A program made the position numbers and the translations under genes. The notes beneath the pieces were generated by a model. It was given only the letters and a program-made list of their open reading frames with translations. It ran no database searches and was not told the origin of the DNA. DNA of 64,000 nt from an uncultured delta proteobacterium (GTDB taxonomy: Bacteria; Desulfobacterota; Binatia; UBA9968), in NCBI GenBank assembly GCA_963840855.1, contig CAWJBB010000058.1:42057-106056 (forward strand), in the 5' to 3' direction. Below are positions 10,689 to 21,038 of this stretch, in pieces. The number at the start of each line of letters is the position of its first letter. Position 1 is the first letter of the stretch.

Positions 10689-12035
10689 TTGGGATTTGCG
10701 CACACTCCGGAGACCACTCTGATTTCACCGATAAGCGGCAAAGAAGAACCGCGGACGCAGGCGCGCGACGCAGCTGACGCGACGCCGTCAAACAGAAGTC
10801 CCTTCAGCGCGCTACTGCGCCTGCCAGCGTTACAGGCAATGAACCACCGTGACTTCCGTCTGCTGTGGTTCGGCCATGTGTTTTCGTCGATGGCGTTCTG
10901 GATGGATCAAGTCACCCGCGGTTGGCTGATTTACGAATTGACCGATTCCACCGTCCAGTTGGGTCTCGTGCGCGGCGTGCAGGCTCTCCCTATCCTCTTG
11001 TTATCGCCCATCGCGGGCAGCACCGCCGACCGCTATTCACGCAAGATGCAAATACTGGTTGCGCAGATTATCGACGGCGCGATGCTCGCCGCCCTCGCGC
11101 TGCTGATCCTTGCTGGATTGATTCAACCTTGGCATGTCTACGCCACCGCGTTCGGCATGGCGGTGGTGCAGACGTTTCAGCAACCGGCGCGCGCGGCAAT
11201 CATCGCCGACGTCGTCCCATCCAACAATCTCACCAACGCCATCGGTCTCAACTCCATCATCTTCAACGTCGCGCGTAGCACCGGTCCCGCGCTGGCGGGC
11301 GTGCTCATCGCCACCTGGGGCACAGGCGGCACTTACGGTATCCAGGCGATATTTTTTTTATTGGCGACATACTGGACTCTGCGTTTGCACCAAACCGAGC
11401 GACACGCTGCTTCCTCTCACCGCCACGCGGGTGTTTCCTTCGGCCGAAGTATCATCGAAGGTTGGAAGTTCAGTTGGCGCAATGAAACCGTTCGCGCCGC
11501 TTTGCTAATCACCATGCTTGCGTCCCTGTTCATCGTCCCGTTCACGACGTTGTTGCCGGTGTTCGCGCGCGACATTCTCGCGGTGGGCGCCAGCGGCCAG
11601 GGACTGTTGCTTACGGCGATGGGTGTGGGCGCCCTCGGCAGCGCCGTCATCATCGCCTCCTTCGGCGACCGGATGCCGAGGGGAATTTTCATGCTCGGCG
11701 GCGTGACATTGTACGGTATCGGCGTCGTGGTTTTCGCGGCCTCTCCCTGGTTTAACCTTTCGATGGCGTTGATGGTGATCGTCGGTTTCGCCAACGTCTG
11801 CTCTCATGCGCTGGTGCAAACGGTTTTACAGACTTATGCGCCGCCGGAATTTCGTGGCCGCACCATCGCGCTGTTTCACATGGGACAGGTGGTAATGACG
11901 GTGGGAAGCATGCTCATTGGGGCTCTGGCTGCCCTGTGGGGAACCCAATGGGCCGTTGCGTCCATGGGAGCCGCCGGCGCCCTGGCCATGCTGGGTATTC
12001 AGATCATATTACCGAGGACGCGGCATATCCGGTAA
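10689..12035 (+). CDS. MFS transporter (MFS_3/EntS-like)
   Basis: RDFRLLW N-terminus, ADRYSRK loop, ~12 TM segments. Confidence 0.9.
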   Translation: MGFAHTPETTLISPISGKEEPRTQARDAADATPSNRSPFSALLRLPALQAMNHRDFRLLWFGHVFSSMAFWMDQVTRGWLIYELTDSTVQLGLVRGVQALPILLLSPIAGSTADRYSRKMQILVAQIIDGAMLAALALLILAGLIQPWHVYATAFGMAVVQTFQQPARAAIIADVVPSNNLTNAIGLNSIIFNVARSTGPALAGVLIATWGTGGTYGIQAIFFLLATYWTLRLHQTERHAASSHRHAGVSFGRSIIEGWKFSWRNETVRAALLITMLASLFIVPFTTLLPVFARDILAVGASGQGLLLTAMGVGALGSAVIIASFGDRMPRGIFMLGGVTLYGIGVVVFAASPWFNLSMALMVIVGFANVCSHALVQTVLQTYAPPEFRGRTIALFHMGQVVMTVGSMLIGALAALWGTQWAVASMGAAGALAMLGIQIILPRTRHIR

Positions 12036-12110
12036 AGAACCATGGCTAGAAAAACCTTGATAATCAATGCTAGTGTCCTGGACTAAGATGCGCAAATTGA
12101 GTGAGCCCCC

Positions 12111-12181
12111 CTCCCCAACGTCATATCCGCGAAAGCGGGCTTGTAAGGGCGGGTTTCAAACCCGCCCTTACCCTGGATTCC
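12111..12181. repeat. Composite REP-like repeat (copy 2)
   Basis: Near-identical to 9375-9445. Confidence 0.8.
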
Positions 12182-12241
12182 TAACGAGCTTCACAGACAC
12201 CGCACCGGGAGAACACTTATGAATTCTAATCAGGAGTGAAA

Positions 12242-13717
12242 ATGGCCAAAAATCCCGAAATTGACGTCCTCGTGATCGGTGGCGGAACGGCTGCATTTGA
12301 GGCGGCCGTAGCGGCGCGCCAAGCCGGAGCCGAACGGGTTCTATTGTTGGAAAAAGCGCCTGAGGGCGAGTTTGGCGGCAATGCGCGTTTTTCCCACACC
12401 GGCTTTCGCTTCGTTCATGGCGGCGCGCGCGAGATGCGCGAATTCTTGCCGCAACTCGACGAGCCGACTTTCCGAGCTTTGAATCCCCATCCTTACACGA
12501 CTGAAGATTTCATGGCCGATCTCGCGCGTGTCACCCAGGGACGTATCAATAAAGAATTAGCCCTTACCCTGGCCAGCAATTCGAACCAGGCCTTGCACTG
12601 GATGTTAAACTTAGGAATAAAGTTCGAGCTGGACGCGCAGAGCTATGCGGTGATCGACGGCCGCTATTTCTTCGAGCCGGGCCGTGGTCTGCAAACCACC
12701 GGCGGCGGACTCGGCCAACTCATGCAGTGGCGCGACCTGGCGCAACGAATGGGAATTGAAATTCGCTACGATGCCAAAGTTTCCGCCTTGCACGGCAGCC
12801 AACAGCGCATCGAGAGCGTTAGCGTTACCGGTCCGCAGGTGGAATACGAGGTGCCGGCGAAGGCCGTCATTCTCTGCGCGGGCGGTTTCCAGGCAAGCAC
12901 GGAGATGCGGGCTCGCTATCTTGGACCGAATGCGGATCTCATGAAGGTGCGCGGTAGCAAGCATGATACCGGCGAAGTTTTGCAAATGGCGTTGGCGCTC
13001 GGCGCAAAATCCGCCGGGCACTGGCAAGGAGCCCATGCGACCCCCGTCGACACAACTTTCCCCGACGTCGAGGTGAGCAACAACGCCAACCGTTATAGTT
13101 ATATGTTTGGCATCACGGTAAACACCCTCGGCACACGCTTCTTCGACGAAGGGGAAGCGGAGCACTCTTACACTTACGCGAAAACGGGTTGGGCGGTATT
13201 AGGACAACCGGGGGGAGTCGCCTACCAGATCTTCGATCAGAAAGGTCTGCCGCTCCTGATCGCGAACCGTTACGTGCATGCGACGCCCACGGAAGCTCCG
13301 ACCATCGCCGAGCTGGCGCGCAAGCTCGGGCTGGAACCGGCCGTCCTGCAACATACCGTCGAAGAGTTTAATAACGCGGTTCCAGATAGTCCGCCGCTCG
13401 ATCCCACTAAACGGGACGGCAGGGCGACCGTCGGAGTGCAGCCAAAGAAATCCAACTGGGCGATGAAAATCGATCAACCGCCCTTTTGCGCCTACCCCGT
13501 AACCTGTGGCATTACGTTTACTTTCGGCGGGGTCGAGATAAACACTCACGGGCAGGTGGTCAACACCGGCGGGCAACCGATTCGCGGGCTGTTTGCTTCA
13601 GGCGATATCATGGGTCTCTTTTATCACAACTATCCTTCGTGCAGCGGGCAAACCCGCAATTTAGTTTTCGGCATGATCGCGGGGAAAAGTGCCGCGAATT
13701 CACTGCATGGTTGGTAA
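12242..13717 (+). CDS. FAD-dependent oxidoreductase, tricarballylate dehydrogenase TcuA-like
   Basis: VIGGG FAD motif, GGNARFSH, CAGGFQA, RFFDEG, CGITFTFGG, GLFYHNYP. Confidence 0.8.
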   Translation: MAKNPEIDVLVIGGGTAAFEAAVAARQAGAERVLLLEKAPEGEFGGNARFSHTGFRFVHGGAREMREFLPQLDEPTFRALNPHPYTTEDFMADLARVTQGRINKELALTLASNSNQALHWMLNLGIKFELDAQSYAVIDGRYFFEPGRGLQTTGGGLGQLMQWRDLAQRMGIEIRYDAKVSALHGSQQRIESVSVTGPQVEYEVPAKAVILCAGGFQASTEMRARYLGPNADLMKVRGSKHDTGEVLQMALALGAKSAGHWQGAHATPVDTTFPDVEVSNNANRYSYMFGITVNTLGTRFFDEGEAEHSYTYAKTGWAVLGQPGGVAYQIFDQKGLPLLIANRYVHATPTEAPTIAELARKLGLEPAVLQHTVEEFNNAVPDSPPLDPTKRDGRATVGVQPKKSNWAMKIDQPPFCAYPVTCGITFTFGGVEINTHGQVVNTGGQPIRGLFASGDIMGLFYHNYPSCSGQTRNLVFGMIAGKSAANSLHGW

Positions 13718-13834
13718 CCGCCTTTGGCGTGACGAGGAGGAAGTAACCATGCCTTACGATGCCGAGCCGGGATGTCGAACAACGTGAGACCGGGCAATCA
13801 CCTCCCTGCCATAAATACAGCGCGGGAGACGACG

Positions 13835-14905
13835 ATGCATTCAAATCGACACTTGCGAAGATGCTTCAAGATTGTTGCGCTCGCCGTTGCGCTAGACTTC
13901 GCGCCGTTTACCGGCCTGCTCCATGCCCAGACGCCTTTTTATCAAGGCAAGACGCTGACCGTCATCAACGGCAACGAACCGGGCGGCACCGCGGATCAAC
14001 GCATGCGCGCCGTGCTGCCGTTTTTTAAGAAACACATTCCCGGCTCACCGACGGTGGTCGCCGAGTACATGCCCGGCGGGGGCGGTCGCAAGGTCGCCAA
14101 TCACATCTACGGCGCGGCTCGCCCGGATGGTCTTACCATGGCTTTCCCTCCGGGTAGCTTCATAACTTACGCGGTGTTCAAAGAGACCGGCGTCAACTAC
14201 GACATTAATAAACTGATTTTCGTCGGCTCTCCCGAAAGCGCCACTCAATATGTGTTCTTAACGCGCAAAGAAGCAGGTTTAAACAGCCTCGATAAGCTCA
14301 AAGCCGCAACGGGTATAAGAATTGGCGCGCAGTCAGTGGGGCATACGATATACATCGTCGGCCGGCTGTTTGCCCATGTGCTCCGTCTCAAAGAACCGAA
14401 GTTCATTACGGGCTACTCCGGTCCGGAACTCGATATCGTCCTGACCCGAGGCGAGATCGACGCGCGGCCGAATATTCCCGACACTATTCTGCAACGCAGC
14501 CCGGAGTTCATAAAAAAAGGCACCGTGGATTTTCACGCAATGCTGGAAATACCCAGGGGCGATAAACATCCGCAGTTCAAGCACCTGCCTGAGATATCCG
14601 ATCTCGCAAGCACCGATCTGGACCGCAAGGCCATCACTCTCTTCCGCTCGCTGCGTTTGGTCGGTTCACCGTTTATTTTGCCTCCCGCAACACCGAAAGA
14701 CCGCGCGGAAATCTTGCGCGAGGCATTTCGCAAGATCGCAGCCGACTCCGAATTCCAAAAGGAATTCAAGAAACTTGTGGGGGACGATCCGACCCCGCTG
14801 TCAGCGGAGGGCATGGAAAACGCGCTCCGCGAGCTGCCGCTGGAGGACTCGGTGATCGACTTCTTCAAACAAATCTCCGGTTCAGGCCCTCTTCCGCGGA
14901 GTTAG
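13835..14905 (+). CDS. TctC/Bug-like tripartite tricarboxylate transporter substrate-binding protein
   Basis: Signal peptide then AQTPFYQGKT, PGGTAD, EYMPGGGG, GYSG...RGEIDA. Confidence 0.8.
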   Translation: MHSNRHLRRCFKIVALAVALDFAPFTGLLHAQTPFYQGKTLTVINGNEPGGTADQRMRAVLPFFKKHIPGSPTVVAEYMPGGGGRKVANHIYGAARPDGLTMAFPPGSFITYAVFKETGVNYDINKLIFVGSPESATQYVFLTRKEAGLNSLDKLKAATGIRIGAQSVGHTIYIVGRLFAHVLRLKEPKFITGYSGPELDIVLTRGEIDARPNIPDTILQRSPEFIKKGTVDFHAMLEIPRGDKHPQFKHLPEISDLASTDLDRKAITLFRSLRLVGSPFILPPATPKDRAEILREAFRKIAADSEFQKEFKKLVGDDPTPLSAEGMENALRELPLEDSVIDFFKQISGSGPLPRS

Positions 14906-15011
14906 CCGCAGCAAGGACTTTGGGACGTCGCGACGCTCACCCTAACGCTGGGTACAGCCTTGCATTGACTCAGATTCTGGTATGAAGTATTGTCATACCA
15001 TGAGGTGAGGT

Positions 15012-15254
15012 ATGGCGCGATCCAAAGTTGCAATTTCCTTAGATGAATCCACCCTGAACCGGCTCGATCAGCTGGTTAAGAAGCACGTCTTTCCCAACCG
15101 TAGCCAGGCCATCGAGGAAGCCGTTGCGGAGAAACTCGCGCGGCTCGAGAAAAGTCGGCTAGCTCAAGAGTGCGCCAAACTTGATCCCACCTTCGAAAAA
15201 GCGCTTGCGGAAGAAGGGCTATCCGAGGACCTGGCGGAATGGCCCAAATACTGA
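15012..15254 (+). CDS. Ribbon-helix-helix antitoxin
   Basis: KVAISLD...[13 protein letters not shown] pattern; overlaps the toxin gene. Confidence 0.85.
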   Translation: MARSKVAISLDESTLNRLDQLVKKHVFPNRSQAIEEAVAEKLARLEKSRLAQECAKLDPTFEKALAEEGLSEDLAEWPKY

Positions 15255-15577
15255 GGGGTGAGATCCGCTGGGCCGACTTGAATCCGGTACGAGGGCGAGA
15301 ACAAGCAGGACAGCGGCCAGTTTTGATTCTGAGCCAGGACGTTTTCAACGAACGCTCCGGAACGGTGATTGCCGTTGCTCTCACGAGTCAACCTCAACGC
15401 GCCGGCTTTCCTTTAACACTTGAACTTCATGCAAGAGGACTCCCGAAGAAATCCTGGGTGAAAATCAGCCAGGTCCGAACCCTTGCGGTCGAAAGGATTG
15501 GGAAGGTGATTGCCAGAGCGTCGCCAGAGGAGTTGGCTCAGGTCGTTGAAGGATTGAACGAGATCATCGGAAACTAA
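15239..15577 (+). CDS. mazF: PemK/MazF family toxin
   Basis: [27 protein letters not shown]. Confidence 0.9.
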   Translation: MAQILRGEIRWADLNPVRGREQAGQRPVLILSQDVFNERSGTVIAVALTSQPQRAGFPLTLELHARGLPKKSWVKISQVRTLAVERIGKVIARASPEELAQVVEGLNEIIGN

Positions 15578-15642
15578 CCATTCCCGCTGACGTTTTTTTT
15601 CGAGCAGAAGAAGAGATCAAAAAGAGCCTTTCCCCCTCTCAC

Positions 15643-15706
15643 GGAGAATTCGGTGATCGACTTTTTCAAGCAAATCTCCGGCTCCGGCCCTCTTCCGCGA
15701 AGCTAG
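15643..15706 (+). repeat. Imperfect duplicate of the 3' end of the TctC-like gene (14842-14905)
   Basis: Encodes ENSVIDFFKQISGSGPLPRS* versus EDSVIDFFKQISGSGPLPRS*; differences mostly synonymous. Confidence 0.85.
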
Positions 15707-15875
15707 CGCTAGCCAAGCCTTCGCGGCAGACCGCTGCAAGCGCCACAATAATCTATCCCTAGAATCGGGGCAGGAAAGGGCGGCGCATTCCGTTGTTGCG
15801 CCAACCTTAATCTGTGCAGGATATATTGATGCTATACTGACCAAGGATATTGGTTATACCTGCGAGAAAGAATAA

Positions 15876-15905
15876 TTGACAACTTATTGATTGAAGCAGT
15901 AAATT
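15876..15905 (+). promoter_or_regulatory. Candidate sigma70 promoter (Pc-like) for the cassette array
   Basis: TTGACA-N18-TAAATT about 60 nt upstream of the first cassette boundary. Confidence 0.45.
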
Positions 15906-16011
15906 TCATTGCGGTGATTTCGGTGAATCCAATATCGCTGGTCAGTATACTCAATGGTTATCAATGGTTATATACTGCGTGATAGCCGCTTTCTTCGGTA
16001 ATTGGTGACGG

Positions 16012-16713
16012 GTGGACTACAAGGAACTGATCATAGACATTGAAAAGACTCCGGTCGACGGGGAGGGTATCGCTAAGAATATCAGTAGGCTCTTGAAACA
16101 TGAGAAGTATTTGGAGGAGAGAAAAGACATCAACGATCCATTCGCGAAAGGTTTGCTCGACACAGCTCCGTCCTTCATTCGGAAGCAGATCGAGAGACTA
16201 AAACTGCACCTCGGCGATGATGTGGACATTATTTCCTGGATATCTCGCAACTTGATGGAACTTTTCTTCACTCTCCGATACATGTACAGCTCTCAGGAAC
16301 GATATGATGAGGTTATTGGTGAACAACTCAAAGACCTAAAGGAGATAGAAAATCTTCTCTACCCCGGTAGTTCACCCGAACACGACGCGCCAGGAGGGGT
16401 GAAAGCCTTCCATTCAGACATGCAAAAGCTCTGGGAGGGAATAGAGAAGTACGGAGTAAAGCGAAATGATTTGAAAAGACCAAACACCGTTAGACACTAT
16501 GCCGAAGGGGCAAAACTTATGCACGACTATGCCCTGTTTTGGCGCATTCACTCGAAGTACGTGCACCCAACCTCTTACTTGTTGTTTGGTCGAAGGAACG
16601 TTGTCTGTGGTGACGATCCCCGACGCTTCTTTTTATCAACGTCCCAATACTATGCAGCTCGAAATCTACGGGATCTTCACAAAATGATTGAGGCTGCGCC
16701 TAATGGCGAGTGA
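16012..16713 (+). CDS. Cassette 1: DUF5677-like hypothetical protein
   Basis: Helical, lower GC; SRNLMELFFTLRY and WRIHSKYVHPT motifs. Confidence 0.55.
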   Translation: MDYKELIIDIEKTPVDGEGIAKNISRLLKHEKYLEERKDINDPFAKGLLDTAPSFIRKQIERLKLHLGDDVDIISWISRNLMELFFTLRYMYSSQERYDEVIGEQLKDLKEIENLLYPGSSPEHDAPGGVKAFHSDMQKLWEGIEKYGVKRNDLKRPNTVRHYAEGAKLMHDYALFWRIHSKYVHPTSYLLFGRRNVVCGDDPRRFFLSTSQYYAARNLRDLHKMIEAAPNGE

Positions 16714-16716
16714 GAC

Positions 16717-16796
16717 ATATAACCATCGGCTTGAAACGGATCTCGGACCCGCTCGCTTAGCTCGCTGGCCTCGTCCGTTCAGCCTTCGCGTTGGGC
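16717..16796 (+). other. attC site
   Basis: ATATAAC...GTTGGGC with internal imperfect palindrome; ATATAAC complements GTTATAT at 15967. Confidence 0.8.
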
Positions 16797-16848
16797 GTTA
16801 CATGAACGTTCCGCAATGTGACGGTCAGGAGACAGTAAAGAGGGATGA

Positions 16849-18539
16849 GTGCCATCACTAGAGGAAATCCGCATCGACCTCGAAGGGATTGCGCATGTTC
16901 TTGCCGATAACCGGCTGAAAGTTCCGGTCTTTCAGCGATCCTACGCGTGGGAAAAGTCTCACGTGACCGATCTCCTCCAAGACATCACTAGCGCTCTGCG
17001 GGCTGGGGCACAGGAGTACTTTCTTGGATCGATCGTTGTCTCCACTGAGCACTCCGGAGTGCTGGAGGTCGTCGACGGACAGCAGCGTCTTGCCACCGTC
17101 ACTATCATCCTTGCGCAGATACGAGACTATTTCCTAAGCCAAGGTGAGGAGGAGCGTGCCGCAACTCTCGAGCGTGACTATCTCCTCAAGCGCGATCTGA
17201 CACAAGAGCCGGCGCCGAAGTTGACCTTGAATGAGATCGATAACGGATTCTTCCAAAAGTCCATCCTCTCTCGTCCCGGCACAACGGACCGCGGAGTGCT
17301 CCCTACACGCACTTCACACAAACTGCTTAGTGACGCTTCCACAACGGCGGCCAAGCATATCGCGTCGGTCGTCGCCACAACCAAGACACCGATCGACCTA
17401 TTGCTCGACTATGTGGAGTACCTGGGAGAGAAGGCGAAAGTTATCCTTGTTCGAGTCCCCGATCACGCAAACGCATTCACCATCTTCGAGACCCTGAATG
17501 ATCGTGGTCTCGAGCTAGCCATATCTGATCTTCTCAAAAATTATCTGTTCTATCGGGCAGAGAACCGGTTGCCCGAAGCTCAGGCTTCCTGGACGGCCAT
17601 GTTGGGAGGCCTCTCCGCGGTTGTCGGAAATGACGCATCGGTGGTCGACTATGTCCGTCACTACTGGTCTTCTCACAATGGCGCGACGCGCGAGAGGGAT
17701 CTCTACGCAGCGATCAGAAAGCGCGTATCGAGCAAGCAGGCCGCCGTTGATCTAGTAGCCCACGGCCTTGAAAATGGCGGCAGGCTATACGCCGCTATCC
17801 TGAGCCCCTCGCACGAGCTCTGGAGTGAGTACGGCGCAAGTGCCCGACAGCACATAGAGACAATCAACCTTCTCCGGATGGTGCAAGTGAGACCTCTTCT
17901 ACTTGCGATCCTTGAGAAGTTCAGTCTGGCGGAGGCACGGAAGGCTCTTCGCGCCACGGTCGCATGGGGCGTAAGGTTCCTAGTGCACGGTGGCCTCGGG
18001 GGCGGGGTGCTTGAAGACAACTATTGTGAGCGTGCCAAGAGCATCCATTCAGGAAAGATTACCACAGCCGCGCAACTCCTTAAGGCAATGGCTGCCGTCG
18101 TGCCCGCAGATAGAGCATTCGAAGAGGCCTTCGCCTCGGCCTCGGTAGCCCAAGCCTATCTAGCGCGATACTTCTAAGGGCATTGGAAAAACAGTCGCGA
18201 GGAGAGCAAGAACCAGAGCTAGTTCCGAACCCGAACGAAGAAGAGGTCAACCTTGAACACGTGTTGCCTCTCAAGCCGGAAAAGGCCTGGCCGGAGTTTG
18301 ACGACGAAACGGCGCGGGCGTATCAGCGACGGCTTGGCAATATGGTTCTCCTGCAACAGAAGCTCAACGCGTCACTCAAGAGTGCTCCCTTCTCAAGGAA
18401 GCGTCCGATGCTCACCTCATCGCAGTTCTCACTTACCGCGGGCGTTGGCAAAGCGGCGAAATGGGATCCTGCTGCCATCGAAGAACGGCAACGAAAGCTC
18501 GCGCAACTTGCCGTCAAGACGTGGAAGATCAAAGGTTGA
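16849..18539 (+). CDS. Cassette 2: DUF262 + DUF1524 (HNH) GmrSD-like restriction endonuclease, frameshifted near 18175
   Basis: VPVFQRSYAW, VVDGQQRL, FETLNDRG (DUF262); LEHVLP...LGNMVLL...LN (DUF1524); restoring one base rejoins YLARYF-LRALEKQ. Confidence 0.85.
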
Positions 18540-18549
18540 TGACAGTGCC

Positions 18550-18630
18550 GCCCAACAAAGCAATGAACCTGACCGGCCAACAGCGGCGCTTCGCTTGCCG
18601 TTGGCCGCCAGGTTATCGCCAGCGTTATGT
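18550..18630 (+). other. attC site
   Basis: GCCCAAC...GTTATGT; stem AACCTG.CCGGCCAAC / GTTGGCCG.CAGGTT. Confidence 0.85.
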
Positions 18631-18819
18631 GACGAAGGACTATGCAGAGGATCAATCGGCGTAATCTTCTCCATGCTGGTATTGCCTTTATTGCAATGCC
18701 GTGGACAGCCATCCTACACATTGGTTGTTCGCCAAATCACGATAGTCTGGGCGGAAAGCCCGAATGAATTGTCTGGCGACCAATTGGTTGAGGACACGAA
18801 CACTGAGAAAGGGAATACA

Positions 18820-19164
18820 ATGCAAATTCATTACCTCGAAATAGTGACACCGGATGTTGACGCGTCTGTTGCGCTATACTCCAAGATTCATGGCATTTCT
18901 TTCGGCGCCGCCGATGAGAGTCTAGGGGGCGCACGCACTGCCAAACTGGCGAACGGCGGAACGCTGGGGATTCGAGCTCCGCTGCGACATACCGAGACCC
19001 AGGTGGTGCGTCCTTACTTCCTTGTCCATGATATTGAGGCAGCCGTCGCCGCTGCAGGCCAATCCGGCGCAAAAATCGCAATGCAGCCAACTGAGATCCC
19101 AGGACGCGGTAAATTCGCCATTTTGATTCAAGGAGGCATTGAATCTGGATTGTGGCAGGTCTAA
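18820..19164 (+). CDS. Cassette 3: VOC/glyoxalase family protein
   Basis: HYLEIVTPD...PYFLVHDIEAAV...PTEIPGRGKFA. Confidence 0.85.
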   Translation: MQIHYLEIVTPDVDASVALYSKIHGISFGAADESLGGARTAKLANGGTLGIRAPLRHTETQVVRPYFLVHDIEAAVAAAGQSGAKIAMQPTEIPGRGKFAILIQGGIESGLWQV

Positions 19165-19180
19165 TTGTGGCCGTTTCGTC

Positions 19181-19307
19181 ACATAACAAGAGCGCTGCAG
19201 CGAACCGCCACCCCGCTTTGCAGTCGGACGGTTCGGATAATTTGTCAGCGACTGTTGCAGCCGACCAGGCGTTTCCGGCGGCGGTCGCTGAGCTTGGTCG
19301 GTTATGT
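19181..19307 (+). other. attC site
   Basis: ACATAAC...GTTATGT; TTCGTCACATAAC is the 13-bp reverse complement of the cassette start GTTATGTGACGAA. Confidence 0.85.
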
Positions 19308-19328
19308 GGCCTTTGATCTGGATAAGCA

Positions 19329-19598
19329 ATGCCAGAGATTTCTAGGTTCTTCGGAATTATCATTCGTATGTTCGTCGAGGCCGGAGGACAGCATCATATG
19401 CCGCACTTTCACGCGTACTATCAGGACGATGTGGGAATCTACGATATCGGCAAGATCGAGCGTTTGGCTGGTTCTCTTCCGCGCCGCCAGGAGCGCCTTG
19501 TTCTTGCCTGGACAGAGCTTCATCAAGAAGAATTATTGTCTAATTGGCAGACGTTGCAACAGGGCCGTCCGCCCATTAAGATTGAACCGTTAAAGTGA
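19329..19598 (+). CDS. Cassette 4: DUF4160 protein (putative toxin)
   Basis: MPEISRFFGIIIRMF...HHMPHFHAYY...LVLAWTELHQEELLSNW. Confidence 0.85.
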   Translation: MPEISRFFGIIIRMFVEAGGQHHMPHFHAYYQDDVGIYDIGKIERLAGSLPRRQERLVLAWTELHQEELLSNWQTLQQGRPPIKIEPLK

Positions 19599-19610
19599 GA
19601 GGAGCCACCT

Positions 19611-19928
19611 ATGGCACATGAGATTTATCGGGTTTCGTCATTTCAGAAAGTAGCACCGTTCACGCTGCGCGTACAATTTGACGATGGAACGTCTCAAATC
19701 ATCGATTTCCGTCCTGTTCTAAAGGGGGAACTGTACGGCCCTCTGCAAGAGCCCACACTTTTTGATCAGGTCCGCATCGATCCTGAGGTTCACACGCTCG
19801 TTTGGCCAAACGGCGCAGATTTTGACCCAGCAATTCTTCATAACTGGTCCGAGTCAGGACCTGCACTCAAAGCTCTAGCGGAGCAATGGGTCTCTGCAAA
19901 GGGCAGCCTGACCGGGTCCGCCACATAA
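19611..19928 (+). CDS. Cassette 4: DUF2442 protein (putative antitoxin)
   Basis: LRVQFDDG...FDQVRID...TLVWPNGADFDP. Confidence 0.85.
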   Translation: MAHEIYRVSSFQKVAPFTLRVQFDDGTSQIIDFRPVLKGELYGPLQEPTLFDQVRIDPEVHTLVWPNGADFDPAILHNWSESGPALKALAEQWVSAKGSLTGSAT

Positions 19929-19975
19929 CCTCGCCGCTTAAGCTGCCGGTACAGCTCAGCGGCATCTCGTTAGGC
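19923..19975 (+). other. attC site
   Basis: ACATAAC...GTTAGGC; GCCACATAAC complements the cassette start GTTATGTGGC. Confidence 0.8.
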
Positions 19976-20124
19976 ATGACTAAGGTCAACGCATAGGAGA
20001 GAATGTTATATACACCAACCAGTTCCTGTTCGCTCTTGTTCGGTGGCTCGTACCACGCATTGGGGAAGCGACAACCTTATCGGTCGATTGCGACGGTGGA
20101 GAAAAGATCCAGCAAAAGATCGCG

Positions 20125-20925
20125 TTGGCGAAGCCGGGGGATACGGTGTTAGTGAGCGGAACCTGTAGCGAAAACGTCGCAATTCCGTCCGAGGTCGTTA
20201 GAATTACTCTCGACGGTCAAGGGAAGGCGGTGATCCAAGCTCCTGGCACCACAGCTGACGCGATCTTTATCCGCGGCAAGGACATCACGGTTAAGGGGTT
20301 CACGCTCACTGGCGGGCGGGACGGCATTCATCTGTCCGGTGCCGCCGCGGGTGCTTCGGCCATCATTGACGGAAACACCATTCAGCGTACGGGAAGATAC
20401 GGAATCCATTTGGATGGCGGGAGCATCGCTCGCATCGTCAACAACAGGATCGAGAACATCCCGAACGTCGGAATAGACATTACGGAAAACTCTCATGCCC
20501 GGATCGGCTTTCTTTTACCCTCGCGACCCGAACCTGGTCCGAATGCAATTCGGAACAATGGTAGTCATGGAATTGCAGTGTCGCGCGCTTCGAGTGCGTG
20601 GATCGCAAACAACACGATTGCCAACAACAAAGGCAGCGGCGTCTTTGTAAACCGGAACTCGCAAGCCGATGTCGTCGGGAACATCATCAATGGGAACGGT
20701 GAAGACGGAATCACCGTAAGTCACAACTCTGGGGTAAACCTCAGGAGCGAGGGAACATTGCTTCGTCAAGGCCCAAACCAGACCGATCCTGCAGCAAAGA
20801 ATGCCGGTTTCGGAGTCAAGTGTTCAATTGGGGGTTATGTTGAAGGACCTCTAGGAACCCTTACCGGAACGCAGGGTGCGACGGAGTGTGACAATTCCTG
20901 TGTTAATCGCCTGAGCCTGTCTTGA
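20125..20925 (+). CDS. Cassette 5: right-handed beta-helix (pectin lyase-like/NosD) protein; frame is open from 19984, true start probably upstream
   Basis: Repeated GI...I.NN.I.NN beta-helix pattern. Confidence 0.8.
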   Translation: MAKPGDTVLVSGTCSENVAIPSEVVRITLDGQGKAVIQAPGTTADAIFIRGKDITVKGFTLTGGRDGIHLSGAAAGASAIIDGNTIQRTGRYGIHLDGGSIARIVNNRIENIPNVGIDITENSHARIGFLLPSRPEPGPNAIRNNGSHGIAVSRASSAWIANNTIANNKGSGVFVNRNSQADVVGNIINGNGEDGITVSHNSGVNLRSEGTLLRQGPNQTDPAAKNAGFGVKCSIGGYVEGPLGTLTGTQGATECDNSCVNRLSLS

Positions 20926-21038
20926 TTTCTGCAATCTATTATAGCAGTGGTAACGGTCGCCCTAGCATTCGGTCGTACGTCCCACGCTCTGCCGCCACGC
21001 TTGTTAGCGCGTGGAATCTGTGGCGTTTGTGCGGTTTG

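Noticed and set aside
15617-15844. Minus-strand ORF at the position expected for intI
   Set aside because: Only 75 aa with no tyrosine recombinase motifs; largely antisense to the duplicated gene end.
18253-18819. Long N-terminal extension of the VOC ORF (303 aa in the ORF track)
   Set aside because: It runs through the previous gene and an attC; the real gene starts at ATG 18820.
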